From positions 43,333 to 107,332 of the forward strand of contig CAZWEM010000010.1 of NCBI GenBank assembly GCA_964632315.1: a stretch of 64,000 nucleotides of DNA, in the 5' to 3' direction. Below the pieces are notes generated by a model that did no database searches, had not been told where the DNA came from, and saw nothing but the letters and a program-made list of their open reading frames with translations. Origin of the DNA: an uncultured archaeon. Lineage in GTDB: Archaea; Asgardarchaeota; Lokiarchaeia; Sigyniarchaeales; SOKP01. The position numbers and the translations under genes are program-made. Below are positions 38,625-48,631 of this stretch, one piece after another; within the stretch, counting starts at the first letter, position 1; each line of letters begins with the position of its first letter.

Positions 38625-39290
38625 TTATTTAATTTTGGATAAAACATTCATAATATCTTCTTCCGAAATCACTCCTAATCTAATAATATTAGGTCTTTTG
38701 CTTGTACAATCAACGATTGTCGTTGGTATTTTAGATTTTGATTTTCCGTTATCGATTATTAAATCTATTGGATTTAGGAATTTTTTAGCAACCTCATCAC
38801 CACTCACCGAAGGTTTTTCTCCAGAATAATTTGCAGAAGTACCAATTATACCACCAAAATGTCCTCTTTCTTTTAACTTTTTTAAAATCGTTAATACAAT
38901 TTCATTATCAGGAATTCTTATACCAATAGTCTCCTTCGAAGCAGATACTTCTTCAGGAACAATACAGGATGTTTTTCTTTTTAGAATTAATGTTAACTGA
39001 CCAGGCCAATATTTATCGGCTAATATTTTTGATTCCTTATTAAATTCAGCGAGTTTTGCTGCTTCTTCCATATCTGCTACTAGTATCAATAATCCCTTAG
39101 TTCGATCTCTAAACTTTATCTGATATACTTTTTCGATGAGTTCATAATTCAGGGGATCACCCCCTATACCATATACTGAATCTGTTGGAAATGCAACTGT
39201 TTTTCCTTCGATGATTGTATCTACTGCAATTTCAAGATAAAGATCCAATTCTTTAATATTCTTTCCACTAAGTTTAAGTAAAAGTCCCAT
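38625..39290 (-). CDS. L-threonylcarbamoyladenylate synthase (short TsaC/YrdC type)
   Basis: FPTDSVYGI, K.R...K.L, WPGQLT, IGIRIP and TSAN.SG motifs; no C-terminal SUA5 domain. Confidence 0.93.
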   Translation of the reverse strand: MGLLLKLSGKNIKELDLYLEIAVDTIIEGKTVAFPTDSVYGIGGDPLNYELIEKVYQIKFRDRTKGLLILVADMEEAAKLAEFNKESKILADKYWPGQLTLILKRKTSCIVPEEVSASKETIGIRIPDNEIVLTILKKLKERGHFGGIIGTSANYSGEKPSVSGDEVAKKFLNPIDLIIDNGKSKSKIPTTIVDCTSKRPNIIRLGVISEEDIMNVLSKIK

Positions 39291-39329
39291 CTGAATTCAA
39301 TGATAAAAAGGAGATTAATATAAAAAAAT

Positions 39330-40277
39330 TTATCTTATCCGATCTTCCTGACAATTTAATTCAGAACTAATCATTTCCCATTGGTGATCAAGGGCTCGTT
39401 GAAGTTCAACTAATTGCTTTTCAGTCAATTTTGCAAATCTTTTCTGTCTCGAAAGATATTCTATTAATGGTACGCGTTTTGATGGATCTAATAATGGTTT
39501 ACTCTTTTTGGATAACTTTAAAACACCATCTTCTATTTCATACAAGATCCACGAACCTGTTTTAACTGCTAAACGAGGGATTTCGACTGAATCCTCTGAG
39601 GAGATTCCCCATCCTGGAGGACAAGAAGCTAATATTTGAATATATTTACAACCTTCAATAGATTTGGCTTTTTTAAATTTTTCATAAATATCTAAAGGTT
39701 CACTTACAGAACAAGTCGCAACATAAGGAATGTCGTGTGCGGCCATAATTCTTGGTAAATCTTTTTTGTACCTTTCTTTTCCTAATGGAGTTGTTGTTGT
39801 TACTGCTCCATGTGGTGTACTAGAAGATCGCTGAATTCCAGTATTCATGTAAGCTTCATTATCATAACAACAATAAATGATGTTTGAGTTTCGTTCTGCA
39901 GCTCCACTTAATCCTTGAATCCCTATATCTGTAGTCCCTCCATCTCCAGCGAATACTAATGTAGTCATTTTTTCCCAGACTTTCCCTGGAAATTTATATG
40001 CTTTTGCTTTGAATGCTGCCGAAACCCCCGTAGCTGCAGCTGCTCCTGCAGCAAAAGCCATATTCATAAAAGGGAAAGTGGGAGCAGTTTTTGGCCAGAG
40101 TCCAATAACTACATTCAAACAACTAGCAGGAGTAACTAATGAAGTATTTGCCCCTAAAGCTTTCATTGCCCATCTTAAAGCGATCTCAAGTCCACATCCT
40201 GCACACGTGGAATTGCCTGCTAAGAAATACTCTTCTTGAGCAACATCTAACGCTTCTTTAATCGATACCATCTTCAC
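39330..40277 (-). CDS. porB: Pyruvate/2-oxoacid:ferredoxin oxidoreductase beta subunit
   Basis: CAGCG, GDGGTTDIG, YDNEAYMNTG.Q.S and CPPGW motifs. Confidence 0.92.
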   Translation of the reverse strand: MKMVSIKEALDVAQEEYFLAGNSTCAGCGLEIALRWAMKALGANTSLVTPASCLNVVIGLWPKTAPTFPFMNMAFAAGAAAATGVSAAFKAKAYKFPGKVWEKMTTLVFAGDGGTTDIGIQGLSGAAERNSNIIYCCYDNEAYMNTGIQRSSSTPHGAVTTTTPLGKERYKKDLPRIMAAHDIPYVATCSVSEPLDIYEKFKKAKSIEGCKYIQILASCPPGWGISSEDSVEIPRLAVKTGSWILYEIEDGVLKLSKKSKPLLDPSKRVPLIEYLSRQKRFAKLTEKQLVELQRALDHQWEMISSELNCQEDRIR

Positions 40278-41542
40278 TCTACCTCCAACAATCCGTCCCA
40301 GAAAGTTCCTTCAATCATATCTTTTGGAAGCTCCCCAGTTTCATTTAATTTTATTAAAGTTTTTAATTGATTTATTTGTTGTTCTAAACTAACTTCTCTA
40401 CCACCTAATCCCATAATAATAGGTAAAACCTTTGTGGATACTCCAGAACCATATAACGCAGATTTTACTTCGCTACTAACTGGTCCACCAGTAGGAGATC
40501 CAAATGCTGTTGCTCTATCAGCTACACCAAGAACTTTTACCTTTTTTGCAACGTTGATAATATCTTCAACTGGGAATGGCCTAAAATATCTTAATTTTAC
40601 ACATCCTACCTTATAACCTTCATTTCTCAATTGATCAACAGCTTCTTCCATCTGCATAGCAAGTTCCCCATAGTTAATTATTGCTACTTCCGCATCATTC
40701 ATTCTATACTCTTCGATCAAGCCATTTCCATAAGATCTACCAAAAAATTTCTCAAAATCTGATGTAACTTCTTTTATTTTTTCTTTTGCTAAAGCATGAG
40801 TATAATGAATTTTTAACCTGAACTCGTTATAGAAGCCAGCAGGCATAATGAGATTACCATGCATCATTGGTCTTTCAGGATCGAGAAAAATATGAGGCCA
40901 TCCTTTCTCATCTGGCAATGGTGGAAGAAAATCATCAACCTTAGCTTGATCTTCAATTATTACTGGTTTGGAAGTATGAGAAAGTATAAATCCGCCGTAA
41001 GCTACGAATTTGGGTAATAAAATATCATGATCTTCGCATATCTTGTAGGACATTAGAATATCATCATATATCTCTTGATGACTTGAAGCAAATGAGATCA
41101 TCCAGCCGGTGTCCCTACAACTTATAACATCGGTAAAATCTGCCCAAATGTTCCAAGGTGGAGCCGGACCGCGTGATGCTATGGTTGTTACAATTGGTAA
41201 TCTCGTCCCTGCTGCCCAATGGACCATCTCATACATGTAGAAAAGGCCTTGTCCTGAAGTTGCTGTAAAAGTCCTGGTACCAGCTGTGCTTGCTCCAATG
41301 ATTGATGCCATTACAGAATGTTCCGACTCGACCTTAATATATTGAGTCCCGGGCATTTCCCCTTTATCAACAAATTCTGAAAGTTTTTCCACAACTGTTG
41401 TTTGTGGTGTAATAGGATAAGCACTTATGACTTGAACTCGTGCAGATTTTGCCGCATATGATGCTGCTACATTCCCCTTAATAATTAAAGTTTCTTTTTC
41501 TTGTTTAAAATCTTGTTTTGCCTCAATCATTTCATTCTTCAC
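40274..41542 (-). CDS. porA: Pyruvate/2-oxoacid:ferredoxin oxidoreductase alpha subunit
   Basis: [25 protein letters not shown] and GLGGRE motifs. Confidence 0.92.
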   Translation of the reverse strand: MKNEMIEAKQDFKQEKETLIIKGNVAASYAAKSARVQVISAYPITPQTTVVEKLSEFVDKGEMPGTQYIKVESEHSVMASIIGASTAGTRTFTATSGQGLFYMYEMVHWAAGTRLPIVTTIASRGPAPPWNIWADFTDVISCRDTGWMISFASSHQEIYDDILMSYKICEDHDILLPKFVAYGGFILSHTSKPVIIEDQAKVDDFLPPLPDEKGWPHIFLDPERPMMHGNLIMPAGFYNEFRLKIHYTHALAKEKIKEVTSDFEKFFGRSYGNGLIEEYRMNDAEVAIINYGELAMQMEEAVDQLRNEGYKVGCVKLRYFRPFPVEDIINVAKKVKVLGVADRATAFGSPTGGPVSSEVKSALYGSGVSTKVLPIIMGLGGREVSLEQQINQLKTLIKLNETGELPKDMIEGTFWDGLLEVE

Positions 41543-41870
41543 TCTCTCTTACCATTTCTATGCATTTTGTTGGACATTCTTTCGCACAAATACCACAACC
41601 TTTACAATAAACGTAATCTACTTCAAATTCTCCTTTTTCATTTTTAATAATAGTACCTTCTGGACAATACATCCAACATATCCCACATTTAGTACATTTT
41701 TCCTTGTCTATAATGGGCTTAAATGTTCTCCAGTCCCCCGTAGTACCTATTGCTCCTTTAATTGGAAGCGAGATTGGAATTGGAGGTAATTCTTCCCAAT
41801 TATGATACTCTTGCACTATTGGTCTTTTATCTTTATCCTCACATATATTTTTCCATTTCACTTTATCCAT
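41532..41870 (-). CDS. porD: Pyruvate/2-oxoacid:ferredoxin oxidoreductase delta subunit
   Basis: TGDWR..KP; [12 protein letters not shown] and [12 protein letters not shown] 4Fe-4S motifs. Confidence 0.92.
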   Translation of the reverse strand: MDKVKWKNICEDKDKRPIVQEYHNWEELPPIPISLPIKGAIGTTGDWRTFKPIIDKEKCTKCGICWMYCPEGTIIKNEKGEFEVDYVYCKGCGICAKECPTKCIEMVRESEE

Positions 41871-42454
41871 TCATATTCAACCTCCTTAACACTATTATAA
41901 GCTTCCGTAGCAACTTCAAAATTCTTTTTCCCTCGAGATTCGCCAAATTCTTTATAAATAACTTTTTTCATTGTATCGAGATCATAGAAGCCAGTTACTT
42001 TCCCAAATGCTCCTAACATTGGGATATTTAATATTGGTCCGCTAGAATGCATAAACTCTTGATTGATGCATATTCCCGTAGCATCAACAATATAATATTT
42101 AACATCTTCGGGAAATTCGCAGGTATCTATAGGATTTTTACTATTAATTACTATCTTTACTCCGCTTTTAATAGTTGCCATAATTGAGGGGATATTTAAC
42201 AAAGTTACATCAAAAATAAGCATATAATCAGGATTCTTAACGCTATCATAAGTCTTAATTTTTTTACTACGAGATAGTTTCGTAAATGCTTGAATTGGGG
42301 CCCCCCTTCTTTCAGCACCAATAATTGGAATTGCAATAGTGTCCTTAAATCCTTTTTCGAATGCGAGTTGGGCTAATAATTGGCTAGCCGTAATTGCTGT
42401 TTGTCCACCTCGACCATGAAAGGTAATTTCAACGATTTTATTATTTTCACTCAT
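41858..42454 (-). CDS. porG: Pyruvate/2-oxoacid:ferredoxin oxidoreductase gamma subunit
   Basis: [19 protein letters not shown] and N.PMLGA motifs. Confidence 0.9.
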   Translation of the reverse strand: MSENNKIVEITFHGRGGQTAITASQLLAQLAFEKGFKDTIAIPIIGAERRGAPIQAFTKLSRSKKIKTYDSVKNPDYMLIFDVTLLNIPSIMATIKSGVKIVINSKNPIDTCEFPEDVKYYIVDATGICINQEFMHSSGPILNIPMLGAFGKVTGFYDLDTMKKVIYKEFGESRGKKNFEVATEAYNSVKEVEYEWIK

Positions 42455-42739
42455 CAAATTTTTCACTAATAATCTTCTCTGAACCGTAATCAATATTAAC
42501 AAATAATGAAGATATATTTGGTGATTACTTTTAAAATTAATGTAAATTCTCTCGTTAATAGAAAATAATGGACAATCAATTAAAAATTTCTTGAAAAGAT
42601 ATATAAGTTCACTGTTTAATAAGAATAAATCATTTGAAATAACTGAGTTAAGATGATTAAGTGTATCTCCTCATTTTTTTCAGCTTAATTGAATATAAAG
42701 CAAGGAAACCTTGAAAAGATCAATTTTAAATGATAATAC

Positions 42740-43315
42740 ATGTCTGAAGAAGCAAAAAAGTCGCAAGAAGATTTTTCATTTAAATGCCCAGCTTGTAAAA
42801 AGGGAGTGATTAAAATTTCTAAAACAACCTATGATTTGCCCGATAAAGATAAAATGCTTATCATTAAATTCGAATGTAATGTATGCAATTTTTCAAAAAA
42901 TGACGTGATACCTCTTACAAGTAAGATTGAGCCAGGAATCTTAATTCTTAGGGTAACAAATGAAGAAGATCTAAAATCGAAAATTTATCGTTCTCCAGTG
43001 GGAAAGTTAGAGATTCCAGAACTAGAAATAGTTGTTGAGCCCGGTCCAAACGCAGATTTTTTTTATACTAATGTAGAGGGTATTTTAGACAGATTTGAGC
43101 AAGCAGTAAGAATATATTATAAGAATATAGATGACAATGGAATTCAAAAGAAAGAAGCAGAGGATATTTTAAATGACATTGAAAAAGCGAGAGTTGGTAA
43201 ACTTAATTTTACACTTAAAATAACAGATACAGGAGGAGGGAGTTATATAATACCTCAAGATGAGTCAAAATATACTTTTCAGAAGGTAAATCAATCAAAT
43301 GGCGTGAATGAGTGA
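42740..43315 (+). CDS. ZPR1-type zinc finger protein
   Basis: CPAC...C..C.F...D, DL...YRS....L.IPEL...VEPG, TNVEG.L and D..G.S motifs. Confidence 0.88.
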   Translation: MSEEAKKSQEDFSFKCPACKKGVIKISKTTYDLPDKDKMLIIKFECNVCNFSKNDVIPLTSKIEPGILILRVTNEEDLKSKIYRSPVGKLEIPELEIVVEPGPNADFFYTNVEGILDRFEQAVRIYYKNIDDNGIQKKEAEDILNDIEKARVGKLNFTLKITDTGGGSYIIPQDESKYTFQKVNQSNGVNE

Positions 43316-43388
43316 GAATTTAGTTAACATAATTTTTTAATAATATCTATTTTATATATAAGTAAGCAAATTCAAGGGATTAAAAATA

Positions 43389-44537
43389 ATGACGATAAAA
43401 AGAATTGGAATTTTGACTGGGGGGGGAGATTGTCCCGGTCTAAATTCAGTTATTTATGGAATAATGTTAAAAGCTTTCGATGCTGAGGTAGAATGTATAG
43501 GAATTTTAAAAGGTTGGAAGGGTTTCATTGAAAACAAAACGATCCCCCTAAGAATTGCAGATCATGATGATCTACATACGGAAGGAGGCACTTTATTATA
43601 CACGAGTCGAACTAATCCGTTTAAGGGAAGCATATCAAAGGAAGAAAAAGCAAAGGAGCTTACAAACAAATTTAAAGATCTCGGGATTGATGCGTTAATC
43701 GCGATTGGTGGTGATGATACTCTTGGAGTCGCGGATATGATGCATAAATTTGGAGGAGCTAAAATCGTAGGCTGTCCTAAAACAATTGATAATGATTTAG
43801 CAGGAACTCATTATACTTTTGGGTTTTGGAGTGCCACACAATTAGCTTCTAATGCAATGGATAATCTCACGACGACTGCCCGTTCTCACCAGCGTGTTTT
43901 TGTTGTAGAGATTATGGGAAGAGACGCAGGATTTCTTACAATGTATAGCGGAATTTCAGCAGGAGCAGATATTATATTAATTCCAGAAACTCCTTTTGAT
44001 TTAGAGAAAGATGTGATAAATGTTTTAAAGGAGAGAGTGAAGTCTGGCTATAAATATCATATAATTGCGACTTCTGAAGGTGCTCATCCCAAAAAAGATT
44101 CGTTAATCAGAGATTTTAAAACAATTAGAAAAGAAACCATTGAGAAATTGCCAAAAGATACATTTGGGAACCCATTATTAGCTAAACTCAACATTTCACA
44201 AATTATTGTCGATGAGTTAAATCTAAGAGAAGATCTAAAAGAAATATTTAATCAATATGATATCGATTTTGAATGTAGAAGTGTTGTCCTGGGCCATACC
44301 ATGCGGGCGGGAACTCCAAATTGCTTTGATCGGATACTAGGTTTGCGATTTGGGTTAGCTGCGATGAAATTAGTATTAAAAAATGAATTTGGATACATGG
44401 TCTCCCTTCAAGGGAATAAAATAGTGAAATATCCACTTTCAGAAGGAGTTAAGAAAAAATATATTACTGCGGAAAATGATAAGATGGAACTCAGAGACTT
44501 ATTAGTTAAAGTTCGATATTTATCTAAGCAAAAATAA
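43389..44537 (+). CDS. 6-phosphofructokinase (PfkA family), probably PPi-dependent
   Basis: TGGGDCPGLN; GGDDT plus PKTIDND (Asp/Lys signature associated with PPi use); MGRDAG and LGH..R motifs. Confidence 0.9.
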   Translation: MTIKRIGILTGGGDCPGLNSVIYGIMLKAFDAEVECIGILKGWKGFIENKTIPLRIADHDDLHTEGGTLLYTSRTNPFKGSISKEEKAKELTNKFKDLGIDALIAIGGDDTLGVADMMHKFGGAKIVGCPKTIDNDLAGTHYTFGFWSATQLASNAMDNLTTTARSHQRVFVVEIMGRDAGFLTMYSGISAGADIILIPETPFDLEKDVINVLKERVKSGYKYHIIATSEGAHPKKDSLIRDFKTIRKETIEKLPKDTFGNPLLAKLNISQIIVDELNLREDLKEIFNQYDIDFECRSVVLGHTMRAGTPNCFDRILGLRFGLAAMKLVLKNEFGYMVSLQGNKIVKYPLSEGVKKKYITAENDKMELRDLLVKVRYLSKQK

Positions 44538-44570
44538 ACTTTTACAGTTTTAATTAATAAATTAACCACG

Positions 44571-45791
44571 TTAATCTTTTAAATCACTTTGCTTTAAATT
44601 GGGTGCTTTAAAGAGAATTAGTCCACTTATAAGCATGATTAAAGCAGCTATAACAAAAGGTGGCCATTCTACTAATTCAATTAAAGTTCCTCCTCTCATT
44701 ACAGGGATATTAGTAAGATCAACAATAAATCCCATTAGTAGAGGGCCAAGAACAAATCCTATATCTCCAATCGTCCTATATACACCCATATAAATCTCAA
44801 GTTTTTCTTTTGGAGCAATATCTGTAACATATGCGGCAATTGGTCCTGATAAACCTATGATTGCTCCATAAACAAACATGACTATTGAAATTTGCATAAA
44901 ATCTGTTGTAAATGCAATCCATATAGTTACTGGGGCAGATATAAGAAGAGATAGCAATAGTGGAGTACGTCGCCCTATTTTATCTGAAATGAAACCAATG
45001 GGTACCATTGTAGATGCAGTTGCAATCCCTGCAAAGGTTAAAAGGATACCGATATCAAACTCATTTAGCCCAAGATCATTTCCTGAAAAAAGAGGTACAA
45101 GAGTACTTCTTACTCCTGTTCGAATAAAGAATAAGGAAAAAATTGCAGGAAGAACTGGTATAAATCTTAGATCTTTTAGAGCATTCCCAGCTTGGCGATA
45201 AAGATTTTGTATTTTAATAATTTTTTCATTATTCGAATTATTCACATGTGGCAGTATGAGAGTAGGAATGATTCCACTAGCCGATATTATGGAATAAGCA
45301 AAAAAGGGAGCATTAATACCATAAGTATCTGCAATAAAACCACCAAAACTTGGTCCAAAAATTGCCCCTAATAGTAAAAATCCGGCATAAATGCTCATTA
45401 AAAAACCTCTCCTTTCAGGAGTAGTTACCAATGCAATAAATATAGTAGCTGTAGTAACATAAATTGCAGAACCTAAGCCTTCAATAATTCGAGCGGCTAA
45501 TAACATCCAATAATTCTGGGCAAATCCAGCCAAAATTGAAGAACTTGAGACTAAAATTAATCCCAGTATCATTAAGCTTTTTTTATTAAATCTTTGAGCT
45601 AAAAAACCAGCTGGTAAATCGAGAAACATCCGAGCTATTCCGAATGCTGCTACAACAAGCCCAACAAGTGTATAATTTACATGAAATGTTTCAGCATAAT
45701 AGGGCAAAATTGGAGCGATTACACTCAATCCCAGTAATACTAGAAATGTAACTGCTGATAAATTTAATGTGGTTATGACATCTTTCTTTAT
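44571..45791 (-). CDS. MFS transporter (DHA1-like); frame extends to an ATA at 45791 (ORF track starts at TTG 45728)
   Basis: TM1 SAVTFLVLLGLSVIAPILP needs the upstream extension; ARIIEGLG, GPSFGG and SDKIGRR motifs. Confidence 0.85.
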   Translation of the reverse strand: MKKDVITTLNLSAVTFLVLLGLSVIAPILPYYAETFHVNYTLVGLVVAAFGIARMFLDLPAGFLAQRFNKKSLMILGLILVSSSSILAGFAQNYWMLLAARIIEGLGSAIYVTTATIFIALVTTPERRGFLMSIYAGFLLLGAIFGPSFGGFIADTYGINAPFFAYSIISASGIIPTLILPHVNNSNNEKIIKIQNLYRQAGNALKDLRFIPVLPAIFSLFFIRTGVRSTLVPLFSGNDLGLNEFDIGILLTFAGIATASTMVPIGFISDKIGRRTPLLLSLLISAPVTIWIAFTTDFMQISIVMFVYGAIIGLSGPIAAYVTDIAPKEKLEIYMGVYRTIGDIGFVLGPLLMGFIVDLTNIPVMRGGTLIELVEWPPFVIAALIMLISGLILFKAPNLKQSDLKD

Positions 45792-45870
45792 AAGTCTCTC
45801 ACTTTATGCTTGGTATAGATTTATAAAATGAATTGCTGAAAAAAAGGCTAATCAATACTTATTAGAAAAA

Positions 45871-47115
45871 TTAACCAAAATGTTTTTCTTCAGCATGCTC
45901 AGAATCTATAGCATCTTGTTCTACGTCTCTACCTAACCATTTTTCGCTTAATGATTCCTTGTACCATTCATGTTGGATGATTAGGGACATTATTTCATTG
46001 GTTCCTGTCCATATTTGCCCGATCCTAGAGTCTCGAAGCAATCGTTCAATGGGATAAACTGTTGTATATCCAATTCCTGCCATAATCTGCATCGAGTTAT
46101 TAATTACTTTCCAAGAATTTTCAGTGGAAAATTTTTTTGCCTCAGAAACAAGTCTTCGCTGTAGTGCTGGTGGTGCTCCCGCATCAATACTTTTTGCGGT
46201 GTTATAGACAATCCCTCGAATTGCATCCAATAAAGTACAATTTTCAGCTATGAGAAAACTTACCGCTTGAAATTTATTGATTGTTTGCCCAAAAGCTTTT
46301 CTTCTAGAACTATACTTCGTAGCAATGTGATGAGATGCTCTTGCCAATCCTAATAACCCAGAAGCAGTTGTTAAACGCTCAGGAACCATCATTTGATAAA
46401 AGATTTTACCTCCCATACCTTCTCCGAGTAAAATATTTTCCTTAGGGACTATAACGTTCTCAAATTTAATACGTCCAGCACCTCCTCCTCGGGTCCCCAT
46501 CAATCCATATAGATATTCTGTACTCACACCTTCACTTCTATCAACAATAAATAGACTTAAAGCAGTGTGTGGATCAGCTTTTTCATTAAGATTTGTCCTC
46601 GCATAAACTAAAAAGAAGTCGGCACCTTCTGCTCCTACGACAAATCGTTTTTCCCCATTAAGAACATAATGATCACCCTCTTTAACTGCTGTACAAGTGG
46701 CTCCAAAGAAATCAGATCCTCCTCTAGGTTCGGTTAAAGCCTCAGCGGTGAATTTCTTTCCTTCACACATAGGTTTTAAATAATTTTGCTTTTGTTCTTC
46801 GGTTCCAAATAGATTCAAGGCTTCTCCGCAAATACTCGGAAGCGAAAACAAGCAAGCTAAAGAACTTCCCAACACGCCAACTTCTTCTTGAGCAATTACT
46901 TCACTTTCCCAATTCAGTCCTCTACCACCATATTTTTTAGGAAATCGAATTCCTATAAGATTTTTATCTGCTAAAGCATTTAACCATTCACTAGGATATT
47001 GAATCTCATCCTTGTCCATTTTTTTTAGTAATGAAGGAGGGACCGCATCTTTAACAAACTCTCGAACTTCTTCTTTAAATTTTTTATTTTCATCGCTTAA
47101 TAAATAGTCATACAT
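45871..47115 (-). CDS. Acyl-CoA dehydrogenase
   Basis: [28 protein letters not shown]...YP.ER..RD and GTNEI motifs. Confidence 0.95.
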   Translation of the reverse strand: MYDYLLSDENKKFKEEVREFVKDAVPPSLLKKMDKDEIQYPSEWLNALADKNLIGIRFPKKYGGRGLNWESEVIAQEEVGVLGSSLACLFSLPSICGEALNLFGTEEQKQNYLKPMCEGKKFTAEALTEPRGGSDFFGATCTAVKEGDHYVLNGEKRFVVGAEGADFFLVYARTNLNEKADPHTALSLFIVDRSEGVSTEYLYGLMGTRGGGAGRIKFENVIVPKENILLGEGMGGKIFYQMMVPERLTTASGLLGLARASHHIATKYSSRRKAFGQTINKFQAVSFLIAENCTLLDAIRGIVYNTAKSIDAGAPPALQRRLVSEAKKFSTENSWKVINNSMQIMAGIGYTTVYPIERLLRDSRIGQIWTGTNEIMSLIIQHEWYKESLSEKWLGRDVEQDAIDSEHAEEKHFG

Positions 47116-47262
47116 ATTTAACGTTCACCATGTTGTTCACATTATGTATAATAAAGTAGGGAACTAAAAATAGATTTATAAAATAACTAAAGAGTTATTA
47201 GTTTAGATTCACTTCTACAAATACTAAAATTTCATTGAAATATTCGATTTAAATCAATACTC

Positions 47263-48522
47263 ATGTTCTCAAAATTTAAGGGGATATACAAGGAATACCC
47301 AGGTTCTTTTAGAATTCTTGTCCTTGCAACTTTTATTGATAGGTTGGGAAGTTTCTTACTTTATCCATTTTTTGCACTCTACATTACTGCACGCTTTAAT
47401 GTCGGAATGATTCAAGTAGGATTTTTATTTACCATTTTATCGTTAGGGAGCATATTTGGAAGCGCAATGGGAGGCGCTTTAGCAGATAGATTTGGTAGAC
47501 GATTACTTATATTATTTGGGTTAGTTGTTAGTGGAATAGGAAGCATCTTTATGGGCATAATAAATGAATTATATGCTTTTTACATACTTGCTGCAATATT
47601 AGGAGTCTTAGGAGATTTCGGTGGACCTGCACGCCAAGCAATGGTAGTTGATTTACTCGGTAAAGATAAGCAAGCAGAAGGATTTGGAATCCTTAGAGTT
47701 GCTGTGAATCTTTCTGCTGTAATTGGACCAATTTTAGGTGGAATAATTGCTGCTCAATCATATCTTTTCTTGTTTATAGCAGATGCGGTGAGTAGCATTA
47801 TAACTGCGATCATTGTTTTTAAAGTGATCCCAGAGACAAAACCCGAAAAGAAGGATGATTCTCCCGAAGTTAGCGTTATAAAGACTTTAATAGGATATAA
47901 AGATGTTCTAAAGGATTTACAATATGTTGCATTTTTATCTGTATCAGCAATAACAGTATTAGTCTACATGCAACTGAATAGTACACTTTCAGTCTTTTTA
48001 AGAGATGTTTATGGGTTTGCTCCATGGAAATTTGGCTTCCTCCTGGCTACGAACGCAATTATGGTCGTGGTTATGCAATTTTGGATCACCAGAAAGGTTT
48101 CTAAATATGCACCTATGAAGGTTATGGCAGTGGGGACCTTATTATACATGGTTGGTTTTGGAATGTATGGTTTTGTCTCTTCAGAATTTTTATTTTTTAT
48201 TGCCATGATCATTCTTACAATAGGTGAAATGATAGAAATGCCCATAGGGCAAGCTGTAGCTGCACATTTTGCACCTGAAGATAAGAGGGGACGCTACATG
48301 GCAGTTTTTGGATTTCATTGGGCAATTCCAAATTTATTTGGAATTCTTCTAGCAGGAATTGTTATAGCTACTGTTGGACCAAATTGGGTGTGGTATTTTG
48401 CAGGTATTCTATCACTTATAGCTGCTGTAGGTTTTTGGTTCCTAAATAATGTGACTAAAAAGCGTTTTGTTAAAATTAAAGAAGATGCGGAACAAGGTTT
48501 AAAAATAGATCTTACTTCATAA
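47263..48522 (+). CDS. MFS transporter (tandem paralog 1)
   Basis: GALADRFGRR, GPILGG, TIGEM and APEDKRGRYM motifs. Confidence 0.92.
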   Translation: MFSKFKGIYKEYPGSFRILVLATFIDRLGSFLLYPFFALYITARFNVGMIQVGFLFTILSLGSIFGSAMGGALADRFGRRLLILFGLVVSGIGSIFMGIINELYAFYILAAILGVLGDFGGPARQAMVVDLLGKDKQAEGFGILRVAVNLSAVIGPILGGIIAAQSYLFLFIADAVSSIITAIIVFKVIPETKPEKKDDSPEVSVIKTLIGYKDVLKDLQYVAFLSVSAITVLVYMQLNSTLSVFLRDVYGFAPWKFGFLLATNAIMVVVMQFWITRKVSKYAPMKVMAVGTLLYMVGFGMYGFVSSEFLFFIAMIILTIGEMIEMPIGQAVAAHFAPEDKRGRYMAVFGFHWAIPNLFGILLAGIVIATVGPNWVWYFAGILSLIAAVGFWFLNNVTKKRFVKIKEDAEQGLKIDLTS

Positions 48523-48631
48523 AAAATTCATTGATTACTTCGAACTTCAATTCAAGAATCTATTTTAAACTACAATATTTTTAATTATAAATTCAAATGG
48601 GATTTTTTTCTAGAGAATTAGTGATCAAGCC

